DNA from: Botryllus schlosseri
Taxonomy: Eukaryota
Direction of reading: 5' to 3'
Assembly (NCBI GenBank): GCA_051294905.1
Contig: CM119372.1
Coordinates: forward strand, 12,464,001-12,528,000
Length of the DNA: 64,000 bases
Positions 13,701 to 25,795 of the stretch are shown here, piece after piece. The position numbers were made by a program, and so were the translations under genes. The notes beneath the pieces were generated by a model. That model made no database searches, was not told where the DNA came from, and saw only the letters and a list, made by a program, of their open reading frames with translations. Position 1 is the first letter of the stretch, and every line of letters begins with the position of its first letter.

Positions 13701-15467
13701 ACAGAGTGCTGTGACGTACATGAGAATGTCGCAGTCTCAATGGGTGGTGAGGATAATTTGCATTCTAATCCGCACTCGCGAGGTCACAACGAGAACTAAC
13801 GTTTTTAATTATTCTTGAATTATCAAAGAATTGAGCACTCTTACGGTACCGTCTATAAAGCGAATTATAAACTCTAATCTGTAAAAATATGTACTTGTTA
13901 TAAACTGCTTCTAATCGTTGAGTCACACATTCTAGAAGGTCAAGAATACTCACGTGACAGCACAAGTTTGCACGCTATCGGCAGTAGTCTGAATTTACTC
14001 GAAGTATAAACGGCGTGCGTCACAACTTGCCGTTCCGCTCCGTTTCATATTCGGTGCTGTGGGGATTGGTGACAGAGTATATGTCCACCCCTGACATCGC
14101 ACCTCGAGCGCGAATATTGCAACTAATCGCGCATTGAACCTCGTTGCCAATGGCCATTGGCCATGCTAGCTGGTTTTGTACTCGAAAGTTCAATGTCGAG
14201 CGATAAATCGAAACCATACGCGCTGCTATTACTATCCAACTTGACTTGCGGTCAATAGAACTATTTGTTACTTCTCGGATTACATCTTTCCATATGGACT
14301 CAAGTGTTCAGTTCTGAAGCGAATGCAAGTATGCGGTATAGACGGCAGGGAAAGTTATCAAGTCACTTGAAAATCATGGCTTGCACACGAGCAAAAATAT
14401 AATATTGAATGACATTGTGAAATAAATCAAATAAATTCAGTCACGCAACTTATAATTGCGTGTTCGTTAATACTTAACAACGTTCCCTAATTCTATTACG
14501 ATATTAAAACTAAGAAACAGAATGATACTATGAATAATTGCTTTATCGACAAAATGCGTTATATAGGCGATGTTTCAATCGGCTGAAACTTCTGATATCG
14601 GTCAGGCTCTAACCAACAAATTCAACCGTCAATTTTGTGACATAGCTGTACTTACTAAGCCATGCCATAGTCAACCATCGGCGCCTACGATATCGAATAT
14701 CGTAGGCCCCGCAACCATACTACCAAAGTTTGTATAACGGTACAGGCGGGTGTTTTATGATGTTTCGCGATGTCCCGATTTCGATGTGATACTCTAACTG
14801 TATCACAGAAAGATTGCGTAGCATGCAGGCTAGGAGCGAAAAACATGACTGAAGTCACGCGTGGCAACATGCGGTCAGGTATTTTTATTTTTCGCGCAAA
14901 GGCGATGAAATACTTCTCCGAGAATACGAAATGAGTTACTTCACATTGTGCACACACTCGTCACGACCTGCGAATTACGTATCAAGGTTTCGTGTGAATC
15001 ACCTTCGCGAAGAAACCTGTTTACTATACCAACCAAACTAGGATCCGGATAGTGATTATACTATAGAACACTGGAGAACTGATTATTACAATTACCGTGG
15101 ACGTTTAATGCTCCATATGGAAAAGACTGTAAAATTCGTAAACAAATAATTAATTTACGGTAAAGCGCAATAAAGAAGTCTAATTAAGGGTCAAGCGTTG
15201 CGCATATTTCAAAGGATCGTACTTTCTTAAAACTTGCCGTTTAGCACACAGTCAATATGACGTATGTTTGAACGTGATCAATGATCATGATCAGTAACAC
15301 GGCCGCTCTGAGTCACCAAAAACTCACATTATGCTGTGGGATGAACAGTTTTATTGAGGTCGATATGGAAAGTCCGGACAACCATGATACTGTGCTATTT
15401 GATAATAATGATACAATCGAAAATCAAGTGAATGGATAGCGCCAACACGTTTTCGGTTTGCAAAATG

Positions 15468-15474
15468 TATAAAA
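15468..15474 (+). promoter_or_regulatory. Putative TATA box of the multi-TIL gene
   Basis: TATAAAA 57 nt upstream of ATG 15525. The spacing is similar to the small TIL gene and argues against the ORF-track start at 15432. Confidence 0.45.
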
Positions 15475-15524
15475 CCGACGAAATTTTCTCATTTGTTACA
15501 ATTCCCTACCCAGGTAGCACATTC

Positions 15525-17630
15525 ATGATGACTACTTTTGCGATGCCTTTCTTTCTGCTGGCAATTGGTGCCGTATCAACATCTGCTCTACCGTTCTGGA
15601 AATGTCCAGGAGATTTGAAGTATTTATTTTTCGGCAGTTCCTGCTCTTGCGACGATCCTTTACCAAGTCTTCTCTCTTGCCCGACAAGATTTAGCGGTGG
15701 CGAGTGTATGTGTCCTAGCGGTACAGTCAGACTCGGGTCTACCAGCTGTGTACGGCTTCATCTGTGTCCCCCGAACAAGAAACCGCTTTGTCCTGGTGAT
15801 TTGGTGTACAGGCGAGCGGGAGTTCAGTGTAGAATAACATGCGGGACTCGAGATAGAGCATGCGTGCGAATGTTTGTGCCAACAGGATGCCAATGTCCCA
15901 CCGGAAAGGTGTTAGTTGGTAAAGATCGATGCATCAGACCCGAAGAGTGTCCACCGAAGATTGAAACATCGCCAGCACCGACTTCACGACAGCCGATGAC
16001 ATGCTCTGGGGATTTGGTATATAGCGAGTGTAGTAGCATGTGTACATTGACTTGCGAAACAAGGGACAGAGCGTGTATAGCTATGTGCGGGCCGCCCAGA
16101 TGCCAGTGTCCAGGTGGAACCGTGTCAGCTGGAGCAGATATATGCATACCACCTGAGAAATGCCCTGTAAGCGTCACGACGACAACTCCATCAATATACA
16201 TCGGTGAATGTTCGGGCGATTTGGTTTTCAAAACCTGTGGAAGTATGTGCACTTTCACATGCGAAACTAAAACTATGCTGTGCCCAATGGGATGCGCAGC
16301 GCCAAGATGTCAATGTCCTGGAGGAACTGTTCTAGTTGGGAAAGATACATGCATACCACCGGAGAAATGTCCTATAAGCGTTACGACGACAACTGCATCA
16401 ACATCCGTCGGTGAATGTACGGGCGATTTGATTTTCAAAACTTGTGGAAGTATGTGTACCTTCACGTGCGAAACCAAAACTATGCTGTGCCCAATGGGAT
16501 GTGCAGCGCCAAGATGCCAATGTCCTGGAGGAACTGTTCTAGTTGGGAAAGATACATGCATACCACCGGAGAAATGTCCTGCAAGCGTTACGACGACAAC
16601 TGCATCAACATCCGTCGGTGAATGTACGGGCGATTTGATTTTCAAAACTTGTGGAAGTATGTGCACTTTCACGTGCGAAACCAAAACTATGCTGTGCCCA
16701 ATGGGATGTGCAGCGCCAAGATGTCAATGTCCTGGAGGAACTGTTCTAGTTGGGAAAGATACATGCATACCACCGGAGAAATGTCCTATAAGCGTTACGA
16801 CGACAACTGCATCAACATCCGTCGGTGAATGTACGGGCGATTTGATTTTCAAAACTTGTGGAAGTATGTGTACCTTCACGTGCGAAACCAAAACTATGCT
16901 GTGCCCAATGGGATGTGCAGCGCCAAGATGCCAATGTCCTGGAGGAACTGTTCTAGTTGGGAAAGATACATGCATACCACCGGAGAAATGTCCTGCAAGC
17001 GTTACGACGACAACTCCATCAACATCCGTCGGTAAATGTTCGGGAGATTTGGTTTTCAGAACGTGCGGAAGTATGTGCACTTTCACTTGCGAAACCGAAA
17101 CCATGCTGTGCCCAATGGGATGCGCAGCGCCAAGATGCCAATGTCCTGGAGGAACTGTTCTAGTTGGGAAAGATACATGCATACCACCGGAGAAATGTCC
17201 TGCAAGCGTTACGACGACAACTCCATCAACATCCGTCGGTAAATGTTCGGGAGATTTGGTTTTCAGAACGTGCGGAAGTATGTGCACTTTCACTTGCGAA
17301 ACCGAAACCATGCTGTGCCCAATGGGATGCGCAGCGCCACGATGCCAATGTCCCGGAGGGACGGTTTTAGTTGGCCAAGATAAATGCATACCACCGGAGA
17401 AGTGTCCGAAAATAGCCGAGACCACCGCAGCCTCCACACAACCACCGACTCAATGTCATGGGGACTTGGTGTTTTCAAAATGCGGCAGAATGTGTACCCC
17501 CACCTGCGACAATCCAAGTCTGATATGTACATTGGGGTGCGCGGAAGCACGATGCCAGTGTCCGGGCGGAACAGTATTGTTTGGAGAAGACAGATGCTTT
17601 AAACCAGAGCAATGTCCGAACAGAATTTAG
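15525..17630 (+). CDS. Secreted multi-TIL-domain protein (10 TIL domains with Thr-rich linkers), ~701 aa, intronless
   Basis: Signal-like MMTTFAMPFFLLAIGAVSTSA. Ten C.GDL...C...C...C...CQCP.GTV....C....C units separated by SVTTTT(A/P)STS linkers. AATAAA at 17803. Confidence 0.9.
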   Translation: MMTTFAMPFFLLAIGAVSTSALPFWKCPGDLKYLFFGSSCSCDDPLPSLLSCPTRFSGGECMCPSGTVRLGSTSCVRLHLCPPNKKPLCPGDLVYRRAGVQCRITCGTRDRACVRMFVPTGCQCPTGKVLVGKDRCIRPEECPPKIETSPAPTSRQPMTCSGDLVYSECSSMCTLTCETRDRACIAMCGPPRCQCPGGTVSAGADICIPPEKCPVSVTTTTPSIYIGECSGDLVFKTCGSMCTFTCETKTMLCPMGCAAPRCQCPGGTVLVGKDTCIPPEKCPISVTTTTASTSVGECTGDLIFKTCGSMCTFTCETKTMLCPMGCAAPRCQCPGGTVLVGKDTCIPPEKCPASVTTTTASTSVGECTGDLIFKTCGSMCTFTCETKTMLCPMGCAAPRCQCPGGTVLVGKDTCIPPEKCPISVTTTTASTSVGECTGDLIFKTCGSMCTFTCETKTMLCPMGCAAPRCQCPGGTVLVGKDTCIPPEKCPASVTTTTPSTSVGKCSGDLVFRTCGSMCTFTCETETMLCPMGCAAPRCQCPGGTVLVGKDTCIPPEKCPASVTTTTPSTSVGKCSGDLVFRTCGSMCTFTCETETMLCPMGCAAPRCQCPGGTVLVGQDKCIPPEKCPKIAETTAASTQPPTQCHGDLVFSKCGRMCTPTCDNPSLICTLGCAEARCQCPGGTVLFGEDRCFKPEQCPNRI
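16203..17410 (+). repeat. Coding tandem repeat, 207-bp unit x ~6 (TIL domains 4-9), with a 414-bp higher-order period
   Basis: Units start at 16203, 16410, 16617, 16824, 17031 and 17238 and are nearly identical at the DNA level. Confidence 0.95.
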
Positions 17631-18408
17631 GCGTCTGTGGTTACACAGACTACATAAGGCCTACTTTACATATCATGCAGGAGTTTACAACCACATCGGG
17701 TCGACGCTGTGTGAATTTCCAACTATTCAAAAGGAATGGTGTATTATATTGACTTCAAGTTTTTGTATAATTGCTTCTACGATGTATACTATACACTGAT
17801 CCAATAAACACACAAAGTAAGTACGATAGTCGGCTTATACGGACGTGAAGACGTCACGAAGTGTGACATGTGGTTAGGAATATTTTCATATTCTGGATTT
17901 TTATTTGACATAGATAGGAATTGAGGATAACAACTTTTTCCGGTATTCAATGTTCAATAAGCGAAGCTCTCGCGGAACACCATGTACCCCGCAGAAGTCA
18001 GGTTGAGAATCATTGCACTCAGCAACCACTAGGGTTAGTTCGGTAGCAATAATTTTCACTATCTGGATAACGGATATATCCGTACATTCGGAATTTATCC
18101 AACCGGTTAACCGGACAATAACTGCTAAGTGAGACAATCAATATCACGAGGTCTGCATCAAAAATGGATCGCAAAATCATTACACAGTGTCATTGTAGAT
18201 ATATACGTACACGCGCAATACGAGCGAGTACGAGAAAAATTAAGCACTGCCTCTGCAACGCCCTCCTTATAAATTACAATGCATCAATTGTGGCATCCTG
18301 AAGCCGGGACCAGAGTTTTGTAACAAAGTGTCCACGTGCATTGAATCCCCTTTCTGCCTCCACAGAAGTGGGCTGAATAGTAAGCAGCGATTCGTAGAGA
18401 GTCTAAAG

Positions 18409-18693
18409 CAGTGGTTCTCAAACTTTTTCAGACACGCCCCCCTTATTGCGATATCACAACATATTAAAGAGAGAAATCAGAATGCTAGTAATCCCAACGG
18501 ATAGTTTGATGGCATTAGAGGTTAAGGCTATTGTTGAGAACATGCTCGAATATGAAATTTGGACAATATACAGAGTAAACACCACGAGCAGGAGGCAAAT
18601 CGCGCAAATTTTTTCTGTTAACTGCGGCTTCGAGCCTCCATTCGGATGCTTTCACGCCCCCGAAGGGGGCGCGCGCCCCAGTTTCAGAACCTG
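18409..18693. mobile_element. Charlie-like hAT MITE (nested)
   Basis: CAGTGGTTCTCAAAC.../...GTTTCAGAACCTG. TSD GTCTAAAG on both sides (NTCTARAN-type). Confidence 0.8.
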
Positions 18694-19135
18694 GTCTAAA
18701 GGTTGGCAGGTCGTTTCCCGGTAGCTTCAAAGACTTTACATTCCTTTTTGACCATTCTTCTTTCTAGGTTTGGAGTACTGGAAGAACGAACAGCTGACAC
18801 TGGAATTGATGCCGACATGATAGCACGCTCTAATTCCTCTTTGAAAAATTCATGTTATCAGGCGCGTAGCCAGCCGAAAAATAAGTAGGGTGTTTGAAAT
18901 AAAATGAGGGGGTTCCGATTTATTTCGAATTTAGTATCAGCGGAAATTAATTACGCTCGCTCTCACGCACATGTTTGCGAACATTTGACGGCATATTGTC
19001 TCCAAACCATCGAGAGATAGGAGCCAACGCATGCTCGGCCCGAGACGCGATGGTTAGGCCAGCGATGATATCTTCCGTACCAGGCCTATTGCAGATGCGA
19101 TTGTGTAGGCCAGCGATAATATCGTGAGCACCAAG

Positions 19136-20080
19136 CAGTGTTGGGATCAAGTCACTACCTTCGAGTCACGAGTCATTTCGAGTCATTGCACATTTTGACT
19201 CGAGTCAAGTCAAGTCAATCGATTTTCTAAAGTGACTCGAGTCAAGTCAAGTCACCCAATTTTCGGAGGTGACTCGAGTCAAGTCGAGTCAAGTCAAGTC
19301 AAGTCAAGTCAAGTCAAGTCAAGTCACGAGTCAAGTCATAATTCAAGTCAAGTTGCCTTTTTGAAGTATGAGACATGATTACGTCATTGCATTTTGCTAG
19401 CTGGCTGAAATATAGATTGAGTGGTCATTGATTCTGAACCGATGGACGAATACAGAGATAAACATACACGCAAGAAGGCCCTGTATCGCTCACATATAGC
19501 CTACGTGGCATAGCCCCGTTTTATAGGTACTAGCCAAAATAGAGAATAGATAATAGAAAATCGAATTGATATAGATGCAATACATTACCCATTTACAAAT
19601 TGATATGATACAATTCGAGCCTGCGCCAATGGTTGAGGAATAGATAAACTATATTCGAATTCAATTTCAATAAAACAGGAGGTTTCGTTAGGGTAAGAAC
19701 AGAAAACAGAAATAGACATCTTGCTATTAAATTATTTTACTATAATTTATGGCAACATAAGCTGTAAGCTTCGATCACTTCGTTTGCGGAAAATTTATTT
19801 GTGAGAGAGCAATGGAGGCTCAGTAAAACGCAGGATCATTGAATGATTGGTCGCTCTCACGGCGTTTCACACCAGCGTTTCGCGAACAATCCGACCATAT
19901 GCTAAATACAGTGATTTTTACCGACACCGATTACTTCATGACTTGAAATTGACTCGTGAATTTTGCTCCGAGTCACGAGTCAATCCACATTTCTGATACG
20001 CCGAGTCAAGTCAAGTCATTCGAAAAAAGTGAATCGAGTCTGACTCGAGTCAAGTCATGACTCGAGTCATCCCAACACTG
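19136..20080. mobile_element. hAT MITE rich in GACTCGAGTC and (GTCAA)n (nested)
   Basis: TIR CAGTGTTGGGAT/ATCCCAACACTG. Perfect TSD GCACCAAG. (AAGTC)n array at ~19278-19325. Confidence 0.9.
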
Positions 20081-20550
20081 GCACCAAGCCAATGCAAATG
20101 CGATTGTGCAGGCCAGCGTTGGTGTAATGATAATGTGCACACTGCACAGGGCCTATTGCAGATTCTTCAAGCGGAACTATAGGCTGGTTAAAGACGCGAT
20201 AAATCAGGCCAGCAACGATAGCCGAGTTCGCGGCAATCAGCTAATTTCGCGATCTTTTCAGCGGGAGATCGTGTCGCGCTACATTGTGCTGTGTAGTGTG
20301 CACAGAACGTATCTCGCAACGTGACCTAAGATCACAGCTAATTGGCAACACGCTTTTCGCTAATTGGCCGCGCGCAACCCTGATAATACGACTTATTGAA
20401 GCTTACTAAAAAGTGTAAAACGCATTAGCAACGATACTCTTTTATCCGGTTAACCGGCAGAATTATATCTGGATGTCAGATATTAAAAAACCTGCGGTTC
20501 ATAGGTTAAACGGTTAACCGTTATCCAGATAATCCAGCCCTAGAAACCAC

Positions 20551-21536
20551 TAGGGATGGTGTGAACTTGAGGTTCACGTTCGCGTTCTGTGTGTGAACCT
20601 CGGAAATTTAGAGGTTCGCGTTCACAACAGAACCTTGGTAGGTTCTGCACTGTGAACCTTTTGGTAAATTGAATTTTCACTCCATTTTAAGATCTTTGAC
20701 TCAAATTTATTGCATTTCAACTGCGGGCAACTTCATGCATGGTGCTGGCAGCATAAAAAATCAACGCTAAACGAGCATGCACCATGCACCTCGACAACCT
20801 TAAAAGTTTTACTTGCTTTGTTGCAAAAATTTTCTCGGAATAACCAGCTTTCCGTTTGTGAATATTTAGTGACTCTCTGCTGTGAGCTTGACCCGCAATT
20901 ACACAACATCACGAGCGATATATACGTAGTCAGCGAATGATGCTTATTCAACCAATCATTGACATTGATATCGTCTTCTGATGTAAAAAATAGAACGGGC
21001 GTACGGGGTCAATCTTGACTTCATATCTTTACTGTATCATTAAAACCAAATCCGTGCGATTAGGGTGCTTGGCATAACTTGGTGTTGTTTGTGGCATCGG
21101 TAGCGAGTATAGAAACCCGTTGTACACTCTGCTCAATATCAATGTAGCATAGCAATACTCAGTCTCCGAACACATTGTCCGGTCTGGCTAAGACCGTTAA
21201 GTCGTAAGCTTATATTCCTTGGTAAGTCCTCGTCGAAATTGTTGGCAAAGTGAAGGAATGTATTGATTTTATGCAATTATTATATCCTTTGATTACCGCG
21301 GTTGATACATTTAGCGACGTTTAAAACGCCGATATGTACTTCAGCATTGTGGCATTATGTGGACCGAGTCTTCGCTAGGTATCGTGTACATTAATATAGG
21401 CTATCACTTCATTGGAAGATAGGGTTGGAATTAGCAATATGACGTCACGAGGTTCACGTTCGTGTTCACACAGAACCTTGCAAAAAGGTTCGCGTTCACA
21501 CGAACCTGAACCTTTCAGAGGTTCACACCATCCCTA
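20551..21536. mobile_element. hAT MITE (GTGAAC/GTTCAC-rich) abutting the previous element
   Basis: TIR TAGGGATGGTGTGAAC/GTTCACACCATCCCTA. Perfect TSD GAAACCAC. Confidence 0.9.
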
Positions 21537-21719
21537 GAAACCACGCTATACTATGACCTATTAACTATTCACTGTTATAGCCTCGATGTGCACAATATCT
21601 ACCGAATTACTCCTGACAGCTGTAATATAGAGTCAATGATCTCCAGATCACCTCGCTACAGCTGCATCTCGCAGTTATTATAGCCTTATGCGTATACATC
21701 TACCATTAAATTTGCCTTA

Positions 21720-22222
21720 CCGCGAGCGCGCTGTGTCATTTGTAGTTCGAAAGACGTGTCTCAAGTTTTTTTTGTGATGATGAATAATTTGTTTCTCTCT
21801 GTCTCAAAGAATCATCGATTTACTGCCGCTACCCCTAAACTGTGTATCATTTTAAAGTTGTCCAAAATATGATTTTCATCGCAGATTTCTTATTGATAAA
21901 TGTGCTCAGTCAAAAGTGAATTTTTGTGTTGTCAATTTGCTCTTTGATTCTCGCATAACTCCGTATGTCGTCGTTGAATTTGTATTCTATTTGCAACCGC
22001 GATTTGTTTCTTGAAAGTGTATTATGGTATTCTGAAATTTGATTTGTGTTATTGTGTTCCCGCCTTTTACGATTTTTTATGAGTTTTTCTACTCCGCATT
22101 CTAATATTTTGTCATTATTTCTGACGACCTCCTTGCTTGGCCGTGCTACAAAAGGCCGTCAGGCGATAAGTACAAAATATGTTTGTTTAATAAACAACAA
22201 CAACAACAGCAGCAGCAGCAAA
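21720..22222 (+). mobile_element. Probable degenerate LINE (L2/CR1-like) 3' end
   Basis: T-rich degenerate stretch ending ggccgtgctacaaaaggccg...AATAAA(CAA)n(CAG)n. No intact ORF. Confidence 0.35.
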
Positions 22223-22305
22223 GAATCATCGATGTATGTACAGGCTACGACAAAATTGAAAGATGTGGGATAAGGAATTATAATAATTGATCACTGGCTT
22301 GAGAG

Positions 22306-22821
22306 TAGGGCTGGGCACAATGATTCGAGTACTCGAATCTGAATCGAGTATTAATTGTAATGATTCGAGTCGAGTAGTAAAAGACGATTTTTTCGAGTAT
22401 TGAAATTTTACGCTCCTCGGCACTGGAAGTTAATTTTTCAACGAGAATAATAGTTTCGACAGTAATTTTACTATTGAAGCCTTGAAACCTTGATTGTCCG
22501 TATCGTAGCATACGAAACATAGAGTACAAAGCTACGAACGTTGCTGGAACTAGCACATTTTCGAAGTCATGATCGTCCCACAACATTGTCACCAAGTCCA
22601 ATAAAATCGGTATGGTCGAAAAAATACCAAAGTATCTTTAATATGATGGATAACAGGCATTTTATTCTTTGTGGTGGCATAAATGGTACATATTTGAACT
22701 TTAACATATCACGTTCCGCTATGACGTCATAATGAGTGATACTCGATTACTCGACTCGACTCGAAGCATATTACGTGATTCAGAATCGAATCACTCAGGT
22801 ACTCGATTTTGCCCAGCCCTA
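22306..22821. mobile_element. hAT-type MITE family A, copy 2
   Basis: Same TIRs and body as 4722-5237. Perfect TSD CTTGAGAG. Confidence 0.9.
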
Positions 22822-22942
22822 CTTGAGAGTTGAAGCCCGATCGAGGTTTATTAGAAAATAGATACTGCATTGTTGGAGGTTTATCTATAGAATAAGATCC
22901 TCATTGCCACCATCCTATCCATAAAAAGTCTAACATGAAACT

Positions 22943-23048
22943 GGGCAGTGCTACAAGTCGGCAGGTCAGCAATAAAAAAGGATATTGGCCTGGTGTGAAA
23001 TTACTGTTGATGTTGAAACGCCATCATTGCCAAACAACAACGACAACG
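22943..23048 (+). repeat. Retroposon 3'-tail family ending in (CAA)n; further copies at ~54892-55000 and ~56598-56706
   Basis: Shared gctacaagtcggcag...ggatat(t/c)ggcctggtgt...aaacaacaac in three places. Confidence 0.6.
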
Positions 23049-23738
23049 AAGCACCCGATGGTTAAGATAAAAAAAAATAAGTGTGATCCTTTTCTCTCTC
23101 TCTCTTGAGCATTTGCAAGGTGAATCCTTTCTTATTAGCACGGTTAGAGCAACAACCCTCCTCGGTTCACCCTGGCTACTCCTCCCTTGTGTCGCTATAG
23201 CGCCTTTACAGAAAAAACAGGGATGAACGAATGCAAGGAAAGCGAACGGAGAATTGCAAAGAAAGGCATCTAAAACACGGCTGAAGAGATCAAAATAGAA
23301 CTCTATCACTTCGGCCATTAGGCCGAGATGGATGCTAGATTAAAGACCGTGCTTGGTCGTATCAGCATTCTCCTCTCTATTCAATATATCACATTGGATC
23401 TTATGTACACTGTCTGACTTGACCGGAAACAATAAAATAGAACATCCGATAATACCGAAGTTTTTGTGAATAAAAAATTGCGAAGGGGTGATTCGATTCG
23501 AACAAAATTCCGAATATCTCATTCGAATGATATGTGTTTCGATTTATTTTGAGTGTCAGTTACTTTCCAATGTCCGTATGACATTTAATTCCTCAATTGT
23601 CCTTGAAACTGATCAAGGATTACATCTAGAACTTATGTCGTGTCATCACAATAGTAGTCACCAATTTTATCACGTGACTTGGAACTGTCGCCATATTTTA
23701 ACACGGTGTCTAAAGGCTTGAAATCCCTATATATACGG

Positions 23739-24063
23739 TAGGGTTACCATTCGTGTCCTCGGAGGACCGCCTTTTGTCCTCATTTTTGAGATTTTGTCCT
23801 CTTTTTTGAAAATCTAGGTCAGATTTAGAGCAAATTGCGAATGATATGCCGTAAATTAGCACAGAAGTGACGCTTCGGCGGGTATTTCGGAGTGAAAAAC
23901 GGTGCTTTTAGCTCCGAGCGAAAAGTTGAACTTTTTTTTTTTAGTCAACCGGTCACACAGTGGGAAAAATTCACCGGTTTTTAAGAATTCTTCTCCGGTT
24001 TTGCAAGTCTCAAATTTCTAAAAAAGTGTCCTCTTTTTAGATCTCCAAAATATGGTAGGCCTA
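23739..24063. mobile_element. hAT-type MITE (GTCCT-rich subterminal repeats)
   Basis: TAGGGTTACCAT.../...ATGGTAGGCCTA. Imperfect TSD around ATACGG. Confidence 0.65.
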
Positions 24064-24969
24064 AATACGGGAACGGTCTCAACTGAGTAAATCCTAAACA
24101 AAAACTATCATGCATTCATATTGCAATAGCGGTGTCATTTTATACATGAGAAAAGTGGAAGAAAATACCCCTATGTGTTGTCGACTCGATGCCTCTTTTC
24201 AAAATACGGTGTTTATATGTATGAAAATGTAGCCCTTGTAACTCAAAAGTCACGCTGCTTCGTGATTTGATTTCTTCCGGAAGGAGCAAATGAGGTAACA
24301 ATAACCGTGGTCCCGAACGGATTTGCTGATCAGACGATAGCAACTGAGGGAAAAATGTCGCCAAGAATTAGGGGGACGCGAAATTCTCTCCCAAATTTTT
24401 TTGTACCCATCTGCTACAAAAATAAGTACGATTGTCTGATTGTCTGTATAAGAGCGCCTTTGCCGAGGATATGGAAGTACGCCTATCCATCGAAAAAAGA
24501 GAGCATCAAAGATTTCAATTATAAATTAAATTTTTCGTGAAAGTGCTGCTTTCGAGAATGTCCTGATGTCGGTTTCGTTCATCTCGTCAAACTCAACATA
24601 TAACAGTAGGCCTACCGGCTTTTGCATTGAATCAGTGCTGCAAACCGATCGTCAATAACAAAATGGACTATACCTAATCAGATCGTGACGAAGGGAATTT
24701 TTTCTCAGTGTCCACTCCACCTTTGAGTACCCCCTGATGTCACAGTCTTCTTCGATGTTAATCTTTCTTCATAGGTCCTTTTAGACGCTATTTCTTGCCA
24801 TTTTCTTTCTTTATCGGGTTATTTTCTGGGCTTTTTTGTCGCCTTAAGAAAGGCGACACGGGATACCAGTAGCGCATAATATCCTTCGACAGCGGGATTT
24901 GCCGGGCAACCTGTATAGATGGCTCCGACGCTCACCACTACGCTATATCCCCCGATCATCATCACTGGA

Positions 24970-25215
24970 TCAGTATCAGTTTATTAATATTTTCATCATT
25001 TCAAAACTCCACAAAAACAACGATATAACGAAAGATAGGAAGGTGTCGAAACGACTTGGAGTAGTCTTTGAGATCAGACCCCCACCTTGGCCTAGGCGAA
25101 GTAGAGAAGAGGCCTGCGCACTGAATGAAAAGTCTAGCAGATAATATAAAAGGCAAGCGACAAAATGAGGTGGTATGTGGCGGGAGGCGAGATCGATATG
25201 TTAGGTTGTGGTCCT
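24970..25215. repeat. Dispersed repeat with an inverted copy at ~27016-27835 (that copy is split by a MITE)
   Basis: gcgacaaaatgaggtggtatg...gatcgatatgttaggttgtggtcc is the reverse complement of ggaccacgacctagc|atatctatc...cataccacctcattttgtcg. Confidence 0.75.
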
Positions 25216-25795
25216 GTGATCCTGAAGGCTGGCTAGTATGTAAATATATTTCAATGAATTGGGTTGACTGGAACTCCATATATATTGGCTAAGCAATTCA
25301 TTCTAACTGCAGCTCGATTAATCACATCGTCGATATATCCGGTATGTAACTAACAGAAAAGTGAATTATTTTATACTCCGGATCCGGTAATTTACGGTTC
25401 ACTTGGCGTGTGGCACAACATGACCCACGCGCATAGCCATCGAGCGGCACGATGGCAGCCGATAGCAAAACAGCATACTATTATAGCCATGTTGGAAGTG
25501 TGACTTTTGACAATGGACAGAGAAGTTGGAGCGCTCAGTGATATGATAAGGATTGACTGGATCGGAGGAGTACCGTAGCTGCCTTACAATCCCGAACGAA
25601 CTGTCCTTTATTATTTGTCTATAATGTTTATGTATCTTTAGTCAATTCACTTGACTTATATAGAATCATCCCGTCTTCAATATATCACGCATATCGAAAG
25701 CCGTAAGAGTATTGTTGTTGTAACTCTTTCTAGTTTCTAGACAGTTGATTAGGTACCGGTATTGCGCCTGTGAGTACTTATAAAGACTATATTGA

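Larger units (their letters stand above)
18030..20542. mobile_element. hAT-type non-autonomous element hosting two nested MITEs
   Basis: Starts TAGGGTT and ends AGCCCTA. Subterminal tatctggataacgg/ccgttatccagata motifs. TSD GCAACCAC/GAAACCAC. Confidence 0.7.

Noticed and set aside
15432..15524. ORF-track start MDSANTF... for the multi-TIL protein
   Set aside because: It would bury the signal peptide 31 aa inside the protein, and it spans a TATA box. ATG 15525 fits better.
16203..17410. Regular repeat array as a possible CRISPR
   Set aside because: No unique spacers; it is an in-frame coding repeat in a eukaryotic gene.
15824..17550. Repeating 68-aa alternative-frame ORFs and antisense ORFs (e.g. 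16724-17437 -)
   Set aside because: Shadows of the 207-bp coding repeat with no independent protein features.
15525..17630. Cys-rich protein as a vanabin or metallothionein
   Set aside because: The spacing matches TIL, not the C-x2-4-C helical vanabin pattern or metallothionein clusters.
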